64,000 bases of DNA from the human T2T-CHM13v2.0 reference genome, Homo sapiens, in NCBI RefSeq assembly GCF_009914755.1, contig NC_060930.1; one strand, 5' to 3'. Below, in pieces: positions 1 through 15,109 of this stretch. Position 1 is the stretch's first letter; every line of letters begins with the position of its first letter. The translations under genes and the position numbers were made by a program. Under the pieces are notes generated by a model. The model had not been told where the DNA came from. It ran no database searches and was given only the letters and a program-made list of their open reading frames with translations.

Positions 1-559
1 AGGTATAGCCTCCTTTCCCATAAGGATTTCCTGGAGTACAGAGCCCTAGTTCCAAATTTTTTTCCAAGGCCACTCAGAAAGGGTTGTTAAGCTTCTTTGT
101 TTTCTGTTTTAAACAAGAATTTCAGAAGCAAGATGTGGAGATTTTGCCTATTAGAGATTTTTTTCTTGGTCTTATTTTCTTTTATATCAAGTGATTTGAC
201 TAAAGGACTGAAAGTCCTGAGTGAGGATCCAGGGCCCAGGCAGACATACTAGGGCCTTGTGGGTGACAGAAAAAGGCACTCCTTGGGACTAATTCTACAA
301 CGGTGCCCTTCCTGAGGCGAACACTGGCACCATGGCTTGTGAATGGAGCATGGCCTCCCTTTCAGCCCCTGACCCCTCCTCCCAGGCCACGTCAGGCAGG
401 GCACTCTGGTGTGGGGTGCAGTCCTGTGACAATCCCTGCATCAGTGTGGGGCCTGGCAGGAACATGGTTGGAGGCTCACAGATCTGAGTCCTAAGGCTCG
501 CAGGGTCTGTCCAGGGCACCTGTAAGTAAGCCATCATCACTGACATTGTGTTGATTTAA

Positions 560-645
560 GAATTGAAACTCCAGGCCTGGGGCAACTTGCCGAGGGTTAT
601 AAAGCCATTACATGGTAGGGAGTGGGGTCTTGAGCCAGAGCTCTG
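560..645 (-). mobile_element. MIR fragment
   Basis: GAAACTCCAGGCC...AACTTGCCGAGGGTTATAAAGCCATTACATGGTAGGGAG resembles the reverse-complemented MIR core. Confidence 0.55.
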
Positions 646-1852
646 GTCATCTCTGATGACGACCAAGGCCCACCCCCCTCCATCCCATCCGGAATCCAGA
701 TTGCATTGGTTGAGCGTATCACCCCTCTCTTCCCTCTGTTTTCCATCCTCATGGTGGTCACAGCAGCTCAGCCCATTGCCCTCTTCTGCAAGGCCGAGCC
801 CACCCTCCTGGGCTGCAGCCATAGCTGTGGCTGTCCTTACCCGCTGTGGATGCCGCTGTGGGACTTCTCTCTTTTTCTCTCCACAAAGAACCAAAGAATG
901 TTCTTTGTGGCACATTTTTTTTTTTTTTTCAACCAGAAAGTACTACCTCAAGCCTCCTGGAAAATTCCTTATTATTTCAGAAACATCACTGTACTTCTTC
1001 CGTTGACTCAGCACTTCTGTCTCCTTTTCAAGTGTGGATTTCAGACCCTTGTCATTCTATGGAGCAAATGAAATACAGTCTTGAGGAGAAGCATTACGTA
1101 ACATTAAATTTCATCACAGCTCTTTTTAAGAATACTTTGAGAATTTCAGAGTGTTTTCAAGGGAATCTCTTTGACGTTAGTTCCTCCTCTTGGTTCCTCA
1201 CCAGATAAAGGAAATCTCCAACTCTGGGGAAGACATGTGAGGGAAGTCTGGGAGAATGTCGTGCATTGACACCCATGAACTTGCTGACATCTGGAGGAAT
1301 GAGCAGGGCTGAGAGAATTCCGGTCCTGGTCCTGCCTCTGTTGCTCCCACCACGCCAGGGAAATAATAATTCCCACTCAGCCCGCTCCACGGGATGTCGT
1401 AAGGACAAAATGAGATGTGATATATGTGGAAACACTTGGAAAATTCAGACGTTAAAGTGACTCTAGAAATGTAGGTGTCATCATGGCTGGAAATATTAGT
1501 ATAGCTTTGAGAGAAAAGGACATTTTTGGTCAAATAAGTTTACAGAATAGTGAATTATTCTCTCCTTGTGGGCTCTCAACACGTCTTAACATTTTAAAGC
1601 CTCCCCTAAGTCCTGCAGGAAAGAAATCCTTTTCGATTCTGTTTAACTTAGTGTTTCTCAGTGTTTTTTCCCCCTCCTGTTAGCTGCCTCTGTGAACTGC
1701 TGTGAGTGGAGTTCTTGGAGGGCTTGTGAACTCAGCAGAAAGACTTTGTGATATTTATTTTGGCTGCTTATTTACTCAGGTTTATTCCAGATACAGGAGG
1801 TCTCCAGACACTGAGTTATAGATCAGTGAGGTATTATTGTATTTTATTATAG

Positions 1853-1946
1853 ACACATACATATACAAATACATGTGTGTGTATATATACACACACACAC
1901 ACACAAATACATGTGTGTGTATATATATACACACACACACACACAC
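1853..1946. repeat. Compound (TG/TA/CA)n microsatellite with a duplicated ~38-40 bp unit
   Basis: ACAAATACATGTGTGTGTATATATAC(AC)n occurs twice in tandem. Confidence 0.9.
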
Positions 1947-2071
1947 TTATGCAGGAATACCTTGTTTTATTGTGGTTCACTGTATTGTACTTCACAGATA
2001 ATGCATTTTAAAAAAGTAAATGGAAGATTCGTGGCAAACTGTTGTTGAGCAAGTTTATCAGCACCACTTCT

Positions 2072-2532
2072 CATTTTTCTTTTTTTAAAACTTTTATTTT
2101 AGGTCCAGAGGTACATGTGCAGGTTTGTTATATAGGTAAACGCGTGTCATGGGAGTTTGTTGTACAGATTATTTCATCACCCAGGTACTAAGCCCAGTAC
2201 CCTATAGTTATTTTTTCTGTTTCTCTCCCTCCTCCCACTCCCCACCCTCCAGTGGAGGCCCTGGTGTCTGCTGTTCCCCTCTTTGTGTCCATGTGTTCTC
2301 ATCAATTAGCTCCCACTTATAAGCGAGAACATGTGGTATTTGGTTTTCTGTTCCTATGTTAGTTTGCTAAGGATAATGGCCTCCAGCTCCATCCACATTC
2401 CTGCAAGAACTTGATCTCATTCTTTTTTACAGCTGCATAGTATTCCATGGTATATATGTACCACATTTTCTTTATCCAGTCTGCCATTGATGGGCATTTA
2501 GGTTCATTCTATGTCTTTGCTATTGTGAATAG
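2072..2532 (-). mobile_element. 5'-truncated older L1PA 3' end (L1PA13-like) inserted in Tigger1
   Basis: T-rich tail followed by antisense L1 3'UTR (GTACATGTGCAGGTTTGTTATATAGGTAAAC...CAGATTATTTCATCACCCAGGTA). Imperfect TSD TCAGCACCA(C/T)TT at 2058 and 2533. Confidence 0.92.
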
Positions 2533-3890
2533 TCAGCACCATTTTTTCAGATAACATATGCTTACTTAGTGCCTCTGTATCATATTTTGGTAATTCTTGC
2601 AATATTTTCAACTTTTTCATTATTATTATATCTGTTATGGGGATCTGTGATGAATGATCTTTGGTGTTACTATTGTAATTGTTTGGGGGAGCCACAAACT
2701 GCACCCATATAAGAAGGCAAATTTATTCAATAAATATGTGTGTTCTGACTGCTCCACCTACCTGTGGTTCCCTGTCTCTCTCCCTCTCCTTGGACCTCCC
2801 TATTCCCTGAGACATAACAATATTGAAATTAGGTCAGTTAATAACCCCACAATGGCCTCTAAGTGTTGAAGTGAAAGGAAAAGTTGCACATTTCTTACCT
2901 TAAATAGAAAGCTAGAAATGATTAAGCTTAGTGAGGAAGGCATGTTGAAAGCTGAAATAGACCGAAAGCTGAGATAAACTGAAGGCTGGGTCTCTAGCGA
3001 CAGTTAACCAAGTTTTGAAAGCAAAAGAAATGTTGTTGAAGGGAATGAGAAGTGCTATTCCGGTGAACACGTGAATGGTAAGAAAGCTAAGGAGCCTCAT
3101 TACTGATACCGAGAAAGTTTGAGTGGTCCGGATAGAAGGTCAAACCAGCCACAACATTGCGTTAAGCCAAAGCCTGATCCTGAGCAAGGTCCTAACTCTC
3201 TTCAGTTCTATGAAGGCTGAGAGAGGTGAGGAAGCTGCAGAAGAAAAGTTGGAAGCTACCAGAGGTTGGTTCATGAAGTTTAATGAAAGAAGCTGTTTCT
3301 GGAACATAAAAGTGCAAGGTGAAGCAGTGAGTGCTGATGTAGAAGCTGCAACAGGTCATCTAGGAGATCTAGCTAGGATCATTGTTGAAGGCAGCTACAC
3401 TAAACAACAGATTTTCATGTAGACATAACAGCTTTCTATAGGAAGAAGATGCCATCTAGGACTCTAGTTACAGAGGAGAACCCGGTACCTGGCTTTGAAT
3501 CTTCAAATGACAGGCTGATTTTCCTGTTAGGGGCTTATGTAGCTGGTATCTTAAAGTTGAATCCAGTGTTTATTTACCGTTCTGAAAATTGTAGGGCCCT
3601 TAAGAATTTGCCAAATCTACTCTGCCTGTGACAGCATATCTGTTTATAGCATGGTTTACTGACTATTTTAAGCCCATTGTTGGGCTTTAAAAAAATAGTG
3701 CTCAGAAAAACAGATTCCTTTCAAAGGTCACTGCTCATTGACAATGTACCTAGTCACTCAAGGTCTCTGATGGAGATGTACAAGGAGATTAATGTTGTTT
3801 TAATGCTTGCTAGCACAACATCCATTCTGCAGCCCATGGATCAAGGACTAATTTTGACTTTCATATCCTTTTATTTAAGAAATACATTTC

Positions 3891-3929
3891 TTTTTTTTTG
3901 AAACTCAGCTCTGTCACCCAGGCTGGAGT
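3891..3929 (-). mobile_element. ~39 bp Alu 3'-end fragment inside Tigger1
   Basis: T9-G...GCTCTGTCACCCAGGCTGGAGT interrupts the Tigger1 sequence AATACATTT|TAAGG. Confidence 0.75.
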
Positions 3930-4229
3930 TTTTATAAGGATATAGCTGCCATGGATAGTGATTCCTCTGATGGATCTGGGCAAAGTACATTGAAAATCCT
4001 CTGGTAAGAATTCACCATTCTGGATTCCATTAAGAACATTTGTCATTCATGGAAGAAGGTCAGAATATCAGTATTCACAGGAGTTTGGAAGAAGTTGGGA
4101 TGACATCGAGGGGGTCAAGACTTGAGTGGAGAAGTAACTGCAGATGTGGTGGAAATAGCGAGAGAACTAAAATTAGAAGTGGAACCTGAAAATGGGACTA
4201 AATTGCTGCTATCTCTTGATCAAACTTGA

Positions 4230-4621
<392 letters not shown>

Positions 4622-5669
4622 TGAACATTGTTGAAATGACAACAAAGGATTTTGAATATTTCATAAACTTAGTGGATAAAGCAGCTGCAGAGCTTGAGAG
4701 GATTGGCTCTAGTTTTGAAAGAAGTTCTACTCTGTGTAAAATGCTATCAAACCACATCATATGCTATGGAGATCTTTCGTGAAAAGAAGAGTACATCAAT
4801 GTGGCAAACTTCGTTGTTGTCTTATTTTAAGAAAGTGCCACAGCCACCGCAAGCTTTAGCAACCATCACCCTGATCCATTAGCAGTCACCAACATCGAGA
4901 CAAGACCCTCCTCCAGCAAAAAGATTATGACTCACTGAAGGCTCAGATGATTGTAAGCATTTTTAGCAATTAAGCATTTACAATTTTTATATTAAGGTAT
5001 ATACATTATTTTTAGATATAAGTGTATTATTGCACACTTAATAGACTATAGTGTAACATAAACATAACTTTTATATGCCTTGGATAACTAAAAAACTCAC
5101 TATATTGTCATATTTGCTTTATTCTGGTGGTCTGGAACTGAACCTCCAATATCTCTGGCACACATATACACAAATAACATTTCTGTAATCTGATAGTTTT
5201 GCCAGATAAGTCATATTCTCATTGACTAACAGAGCTCAAGTTTTAATCAACCCAGCAAAAAGCATTTCTCTCCTGGAGTTTTTCCCATGTACACCTTTCC
5301 CCTGAAGAAGCAGACGTATCATTATTTTAAATAATTCTTCCTTCTTAGGAAAAATTATAGGCATATTTTCTTCTCACAGCTACCAAATGTCCTTGATATC
5401 TGTGCATGCACATTTATATGTAAAATCAGAGCTTCTTGTGGTTTTAGAATTGGAAGAGGCCTTAGAGATGAACTTGTCTGGTGATTCTCAACCCCTAAGC
5501 ATGTTCTTAACGTGAACACTTGGGAGTGGAAGCCTGGGGAACCTGAAATAACTACACATTTCCTGCTAACCTTCTAATTCCTAGTCTGCCATCCTTGCAG
5601 TAGTAAGGTTCCCCTGTGCAGTGGGAATTTTCTGTCCCCAGGGGGTTGGGGACAGAAAAATGTTGCACT

Positions 5670-5790
5670 ATAGATCTCATCCAACCCCGCATTTTACAGG
5701 TGAAGATGATGAGCTACAAGATTCAATGATATCTTCAAAGTCACACAACCCGGCCTAGAAATAGGCTGCTGCTGATCAATCCACTGCTTT
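5670..5790 (-). mobile_element. MIR fragment
   Basis: CATCCAACCCCGCATTTTACAGGTGAAG...CAAAGTCACACA. Confidence 0.6.
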
Positions 5791-6469
5791 CTCTGCCTAT
5801 GAGTTTTCCCCAATGTCAGTGATTTCTGTCCTACCTCTGTAATTTACGGCATATCACGAAACCCCAACCCTCATACGCTTCATCATTTTAAATAAAGACT
5901 GACTTTTATATGTGAATAATTTATGAAAGAAACTGTAATCCATATTCGATGTGGAAATGTAACCACATTTCACTCACTATGAAAAAGGTAACACTAAAAA
6001 TAAATGCTATGAAAAAATATATTAAATTTTAACTAAAGTTCCCCACTTAAGTTTCTGAGCCTGAAGTTTTCTCTCTGCTAAAAAGAGAGATTATCAAGTT
6101 ATGAAGAGTTTAAACATAACACTAGCCCCAAACGATGACACTCTTTTTATGTAATCGGAATTATTGAATGAAAATTTTGAAGGAAATAACATTCTCTCGA
6201 CATAAGTCCAGGCAGTATTTACTAACCAACACACCATCTCAAATCCTCTCAAGTTCCACCAGTGAGTGAGCTGTGTACCCATTCACGAGGAACTGTCTCC
6301 CAAAAGGGAAGCTATATCAGGCAAATCATACCTCTGTCTGTATCTAAGCTGGCTGGAAGGTATTAGATTTGGTGGCAATCAGAGTATTAATTGGAAAGAA
6401 CAAGTGGAAAATTGTACATATATTGGCTGTTTATCTTGTGTATGTGTCCACAGACACCCTTAGAAAAAC

Positions 6470-6533
6470 TGAAAGCACAGTGCCTGCGATATGATAAAAG
6501 CTCAGTAAATATTTGTTGAATGAATTGATGAAT
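6470..6533 (+). mobile_element. L2 3' end
   Basis: AGCACAGTGCCTG...CTCAGTAAATATTTGTTGAATGAAT. Confidence 0.7.
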
Positions 6534-6702
6534 ACCTGGTGAATGGCAAGCATTCTGCCTCAAGTCAGGTAGAAACAATAGACTGGTAAAAGCAAGTTGC
6601 TGCATTTTGTTTCAAGGCACTTTGAAATGTCTTATCAGTGGACATGAAGTATAGAAGACTTAGCAGACTCAGGAAGAGCAGAGCATGGCCATGGAATATT
6701 TA

Positions 6703-7059
<357 letters not shown>

Positions 7060-7109
7060 TTATAGTCTGTGTCACACTTCATGTTATGTATCAAGAGGAG
7101 AAAAGCATC

Positions 7110-7300
7110 TCAGCCCAAGATTTGATTCCTGATTTTACTACTCAATAGCTAGATGATTTGGGGACAACTGCATAATATCTTTGAGACTACTTAGATATAC
7201 AAATGAGGACTATGATAATGCCTACCTCAAAGGTTGTTGTGAGGGTTAAATGAGGCAATGCAAATGAAAATTGCTTTATAAAGACTAAAGTGCTATATTA
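7110..7300 (+). mobile_element. MIR
   Basis: AAATGAGGACTATGATAATGCCTACCTCAAAGGTTGTTGTGAGGGTTAAATGAG matches the MIR 3' region. Confidence 0.75.
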
Positions 7301-8011
7301 ATTTGCCTTTATTGAAATTACATACTATTAAAATGACCAGCGAACTACCATTTGTGCAGAGTGGTTGAAGAATATGGCATGCTGATTATTTGAACATTCT
7401 GGATAATAGAAGTATAGTACATGTCTTTCTGGTTAAAAAGAATTACAATAAAGTATTCTTAATATCAAAGCTTACTAACACAACTAATCGTTTGGATGAG
7501 ATTTCAAGATATTTCTATATATTTTGTGGGCAGCACTTGAACACTTGAATAGTATAAGATGTTGAGGAAAAAAATGCTTAGGAAAAGAATACACTCTAAC
7601 TGATACCCCAAACCATGTATGTTAAAAAAGTAGTTCCTTAGAATATACATTTACTCATTATTGATCCCTTGCTTATAAAAAATGTATGAATTGAGGAACC
7701 ATCATTGGATATAGAGAAGTAGAATTATAGAATTTGTTTTTATGGGTATTTTGAGGGGTAGAAAACAAGAATTATTTTATTTTGCCCTGTTCAGACAAAA
7801 ATATCATGTTAGCTTTTTAAATAGTATATAGTACAATTGGAACTCAATCTTAAGACATTTTTGCTTAATGAAAATGCTACCATGACAGATCTTTTTTTTT
7901 TTTCCTAACAGGATGTATATGATTCTCTTTTCATTAAATTTGCCTCAAAGAGTTTCAACTCTCAATTTTTAGACTAACTTTACTTTAGATAAAAGGGTTT
8001 TTATACTATTA

Positions 8012-9620
<1,609 letters not shown>

Positions 9621-9772
9621 ACAACCCAAATAGTGACAGTGCTATTAAAAAATTGTAATCAAAGCCACTGATATTACATGACAAATCTTTGTGAGTACTT
9701 TCTTCCTGTTAGATCATTTTAAAATAGTTTACATTCTTGAATTTTTAAGTCAGTTTTAAAAAATAGATTGCT

Positions 9773-10126
9773 TGTATTAGTCTGTTTTCATGCTGCTGAT
9801 AAAGATGTACCCGAGACTGGGAAGAAAAAGAGGTTTAATGGACTTACAGTTCCACATGGCTAGGGAGGCCTTACAATCATAGGGGAAGGTGAAAGGCTCT
9901 TCTTACATTGCAGCGGCAAGAGAGAGAATGAGAGCCAAGCGAAACGGGTTTCTTCTTATCAAACCATCAGATCTTGTGAGACTTATTTACTACCACGAGA
10001 ACAGTATGAGAGAAACTGCCCCCCAAGATTCAATTGTCTCCCTCTGGGTCCCTCCCACAACACATGGGAATTATGGGAGTATAATTCAAGATGAGATTTG
10101 GGTGAGGACACAGCCAAACCATATCA
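9773..10126 (-). mobile_element. THE1 solo LTR (THE1C-like, MaLR)
   Basis: TGTATTAGTCTGTTTTCATGCTGCTGATAAAG...GACACAGCCAAACCATATCA is the reverse complement of a THE1 LTR, about 355 bp. Confidence 0.95.
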
Positions 10127-11047
10127 TCGTTCAACTAGAAAATATATATATATACACACACACACACTTAGTGAAAGTTATTTTATTAATTAGCCAGGAT
10201 AAACCTTATTTAAACTATTTAGATATGAGTCACTTTGAGGAAAGGTTATTATATGAAAATATCACTGAAATAATCAGAAATTTCTTTAAAAAATGCTGTT
10301 ATGCTATAATTCATTTCATAAAGTTCTGCTTACATTCATAAACTTGAGCCGTTTGTACAGATCACTTATTATCCTCATATAATAATTTTCTGACACATCC
10401 AATCTGCGTGGCTGTGATAAAAAATGATCCAAAATGTTGACCTATAACGTGTCTTAAGAGCTCTTAAAAAAAAGATAAAATCCTTGAATGATGCCAGGCA
10501 TCTAGAATAAAATTGTCAAGAGAAACTCAACTAATTTTGAGATCAAATTTTAAGATCAAATCTTACTCCTTTATTACAAATGTTCAGTAACGATCTCATC
10601 AACATGATGTCTGTAGCAAATTATTTTTACTTAAGGGCTCAGCTCTGACATTTGAAGTGAATGGTTGTGAGTGCCAGTTTAGTTCAGGAAAATGCTGTGG
10701 TTAAGGGCTGGCCCATTTTCACATGGAATAATATTATTCAGGTCTTGTTTTGTGGTATTTATGTTGTAAATAATACATCCAGAGTCCATGTAGCTACCTA
10801 TGCCTGCCCGTGAATGATACCTACTTAGCGTTGTCTTAGATCCAGTGGCAATAACGTTTAAATGCTGAAGGAAATATCTTTTGGTTTGCTGAGAGTTTTA
10901 ATTAGGGTTCACTTTGCTGCTAAGACAGCAGCATTTAAGCTACTAGGTTCTTGGCACAATATTGTTTCCATATTTCTTTTTCTTTCCAGAAGGCTTAATT
11001 ATTTCTTCACCTGAATTTTAACAACCATTTTAGCTGAATGATCTAGA

Positions 11048-11207
11048 AACTGTCCTCCTCAATGTGTGTTCTGAGTCAGCAGCATCAGCATCACCTGTGA
11101 ACTGTTAGAAATGCAGAATCTCAGGCCCACCCCAACCCCACTGAATTTCTTAGAAGCTGCATCCAATGGAAGCATCTATATGAACCACACTTTTGAGTAG
11201 CAAGGAT
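11048..11207. mobile_element. MER5-family hAT-Charlie MITE
   Basis: CAGCAGCATCAGCATCACCTGTGAACTGTTAGAAATGCAGAATCTCAGGCCC...CCACACTTTTGAGTAGCAAG. Confidence 0.8.
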
Positions 11208-11220
11208 CTAGAGTTCTTGT

Positions 11221-11225
<5 letters not shown>

Positions 11226-11283
<58 letters not shown>
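11226..11283. repeat. Compound (TC)n(AC)n microsatellite
   Basis: Directly visible in the sequence. Confidence 0.97.
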
Positions 11284-11285
<2 letters not shown>

Positions 11286-11340
11286 TCAAAAGTATTTTAT
11301 TTATATAAATGTTTTTGATCATTGAATTAAAAGAAAATAA

Positions 11341-11709
<369 letters not shown>

Positions 11710-12059
11710 TAATGAAGACTCATAAATAAATATCACACATGTCAGTGAAAACCAAAAGCTTTTTTCTGTCATCAAGATTTCAGGATTCTTTTTTTTTTTT
11801 TTTTTTTTCCAGCTTTCAGTGCCTATCCTTTTTGTCTGGGAAGGCTGATTTCTTTAGCTCTTTTCTTTCTCTGGGAATAATGCATTCGCATTGCTATCGT
11901 AGTTATCCTTGCAGCGGTGTCAGACTTTAGCTGCTTCCTGTAGCTCGTTCCCTGACAGTGTTCATGTAGCGTCTCCTCCTAAGGCGGCAGCCTCGCTGGG
12001 TGGATTGAGTGGTTACCTTGGATCCCTTCATGCCCGTGCTAATCTCACTCCGTGCTCTT

Positions 12060-12172
12060 CTGTGCCTCCAACTGGAATGAAAGCTTCTGGGAGTAGAGAC
12101 CCCGTTTTGCTGTCTGCTCTCTCCAGCGCCTCATGATGTCAGATGTAGAATAATCCTTCACTATATTTGCTG
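12060..12172 (+). mobile_element. L2 3' end
   Basis: CTGGAATGAAAGCTTCTGGGAGTAGAGACC...CTCCAGCGCCT...ATATTTG. Confidence 0.6.
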
Positions 12173-12357
12173 TTTCTGGAATAGTAGAGACCACAAGGTT
12201 CTGAAAAAGAGGCCACTGGTTCAGATGAGGGCAAGGCAGTTGCCCAGGGGTAGATGGCATACCTCCTTGGCGAATCTGATTTTGAAGTCCGTGCCCTGAA
12301 TCACCTCCACGTCCCACCTTGTGCCTGGTGAATGTCAGCCCTGCACTGTTAAGGTGC

Positions 12358-12758
12358 TGTAGCGGATGCTGTGATGTGCCACCGTTCAGAGAGGCACTCA
12401 GGCTGCCAGCTTCTGAGCATGGCTACCGATGTGTCATGGCTGGGTCCCTCCTTCAGCCTGGAAGGAGTGCTGTGCCCCGTGTGGAAGGAAACCTCCTCGC
12501 CCAAGGTTATGCCTCTCCTCTCGGGGCATCCCACATCCAATGCCTGGTTGATGTGGGGATACAAAGGTCTGATCCCCTTGCGTCAATCTGGGACAACTCT
12601 GATGGGCCATCCCAGTTCCAGAGCTCCTGTGGGACAGGCTGAGCTCCGTTGCAGCTGCATCGCAGTTTGCCTTCTCTCTCTGCCCGTTCCTGCGTCTCCA
12701 CTCCTTTGTAGGTTGTATCTGAGTACATGCACATCTCTCCCTCAGGATCTGCGCAACA
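12358..12758 (+). mobile_element. LTR16-family (ERVL) solo LTR
   Basis: Starts TGTAGCGGATGCTGTG. Internal GGACAACTCTGATGGGCCATCCCAGTTCCAGAGCTCC...GGCTGAG...GTTGCAGCTGCATCGCAG is typical of LTR16. Confidence 0.8.
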
Positions 12759-12894
12759 GTTAAAGGTGCACGCGTTAGTGAAACCTCGCAACACATCAGT
12801 GACCAGGGTTACAGTTCGCTGACTACTGAATCTGGACTGGAACCTTTTTCAATTCAGTGCTTTTCTGACTCCACCACTCTGACTCCCTCAAGTG

Positions 12895-13086
12895 CAGTGG
12901 TTCTCAACAGAGGTGACTTTGTTCTCCAGGTGACATTTGGCATTGCCTGGGGACTTGAGATTATTACTGGCATCTAGTGGGTAGAGGCCAGCGTTGTTGC
13001 TAAATGTCCTGCAATGCACAGGACAGTTCCCGCAGGAACAATTATCTGGCCCCAAATGTCAGGAGTGCTGAGGTTGAGAAACTCTG
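12895..13086 (+). mobile_element. MER20 (hAT-Charlie)
   Basis: CAGTGGTTCTCAAC...GGCATCTAGTGGGTAGAGGCCAG...GCTGAGGTTGAGAAACTCTG with terminal inverted repeats. Confidence 0.92.
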
Positions 13087-14639
13087 CTGAATGTATGGAT
13101 GAGCATTGGTCACCAAGATAGAGGAGAAGAATTCAATATTGCTCTTCCATTATATTTTCCTAGGATGTGGACTCTATGTTTTAGACAATCTTCCGTATTA
13201 AAACTATCATGTGAATAAATGTATTTTTGTTACATATGTTTTCTGGAGTTTACATGTATTGGTGGACAACACATAAGAAGTGCGTAGGGTCAGAGAAATG
13301 CCACTCGAGGTCATTATTTCCACTCAATTGCTCACTGGGGAAAAAACAAACATGAGTTCTATTCTGTAATCAGTACTGCTGGCAACAGTACTGATCACTA
13401 AGCACTGTGAGAAGCACATTTCAGTACAATACTCTTGTTGTCCTAAGTTCTGTGACCACTTTTCCTAGATTTTCTGTTTTTCTTGGGATGGAAATAATAA
13501 ATACTTCCTCTTGCCTCCTCTCAGTCTAGAGTAACAATAAGGGGGACATGTAAATCCAGGAATTTCACACCAGGATCCTGGAGGTTAGCTTTCCTGTTTT
13601 CTTCTTGCCAGTCTTATGCATTACATGGGAACTCATATCTATCAGCACAAAACTCAGTAAACGATTGTTGAGCGAGTAAGTCAGGACCAACGCGTCAATC
13701 ACATGATGCAGGATGCTGTATCTAAGCTTGCACACTTACTTCAGGAAACTCAAATGGAAACCCCACTCTCAAATAGTCTAATCTAATTACCTTTGGTTCT
13801 GGAAAGCAGCATCCAAGAGGAAAGAGATTGTAAAATCCTCAGAGGAAGTGGGGAAAGTGGGTCTGAGAAGAGGGGACGAGAGCCTAGGAGTCAGCAGGTA
13901 GCTCAAAGGATGAGATGGATGTCTCTCTCTGCTTCTTTCCAATCTTATGGAATTTCAGGATATTGGTATTCACTGTTGCTGATGACCTAGAGAATGATAC
14001 TTCCCATTAATGTGAGTTTGAAAATAGTTTCTATCCTTGAATAAATTATGCTTGGCACCGTGCAGACCAAAATAGATTCAAGTTATGTGAGTTTCATACT
14101 TGACCAAAAAGCAAGAGGCTGCGCGTCATTCAGAGCTGACCCCGGGCTGGCAATGAGAGCTCACAGTCTTGCTCTCCTGCTAATACCAAGCCCCTCAGTG
14201 CTCAGCAAACCCCAAAGTCGCCTGGGCCTGTGAACTGTGTAAACTATCCTCCCAGACACTTCGGACTGGAGATCAAGACAACTTTGAAAAATCTTCCGAA
14301 AGGGAACATGAGGTCCACCTGGCCATAAAGTGCCTTCCCTGTGTCACCTTTTTGCTGTCAGCTTGTGGCTCAAGGATGTTGTCCAAAACTGCTGGAGCTC
14401 ACGTTTCAGGCAGAGATGTGTGTCTCATGTAGCTGGGCCTTTCAATTTATGGGAAATGTTATAGTTTAACTTTAGCCATTTTCTGGGATCTATTTTAAAA
14501 CTCCTATATGTGGGGAGAGACAAATTTAATGTTTAACACAACATTGCTTTGACTGTCTTTTGCTGTACTATTCAAAAATTAATGTTACATGAATAGGAAC
14601 TCAAACACAGCTGATAGGAAAGTAAATTAGCAAAACTTC

Positions 14640-15095
14640 CTCCTGGGGATAATTTTTTAAATATCCTTTGATCTAAACATTCTTTAGAAAATTTATCTTA
14701 AGGAAATAATCATAGATGTGGTTAAATATCTAGCTACAGACATGATTGTTACAGTGTTGATTGCAATAATGATTAATTATAAGCAACCTAAACATCAAGA
14801 AAAGCAAGGAGTAATTAAATAATTTATTGTACTGTATGGGTATGGTATGACTTGTGATACAGCAGTTGAGAAAGATGGAGAGGACCACTTAATGACATGA
14901 AATGATTTTTAATATTAAGAGAAACAAGATTATAGTGATGGGGAATGATCCCTGTATATTTATTCTAAAAATGTAGCCAGTAGTTATCTCTGGGTGAAGA
15001 GATTATGAGCAAGTAATTTTTTTTATGTGTATTTTTAATATATTCTACATTGAATAGGAGTTACTTTTGTAATATGTAAAAAAAAAAGTTACTAA
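14640..15095 (+). mobile_element. Ancient L1M (L1ME/MC-like) 3' end
   Basis: AATTTATCTTAAGGAAATAATCA...AAGCAACCTAAA...TTACTTTTGTAAT plus an A-rich end. Confidence 0.7.
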
Positions 15096-15109
15096 AAATA
15101 AGGGTGATG

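Noticed and set aside
295-1533. Cluster of overlapping ORFs at the window start
   Set aside because: Low-complexity, frame-inconsistent translations with no recognisable domain. GC-richer DNA yields such ORFs by chance.
12319-12796. Several overlapping ORFs in a GC-richer patch, suggesting an exon
   Set aside because: Explained by an LTR16-family LTR; there is no coherent splice-site pair or recognisable protein.
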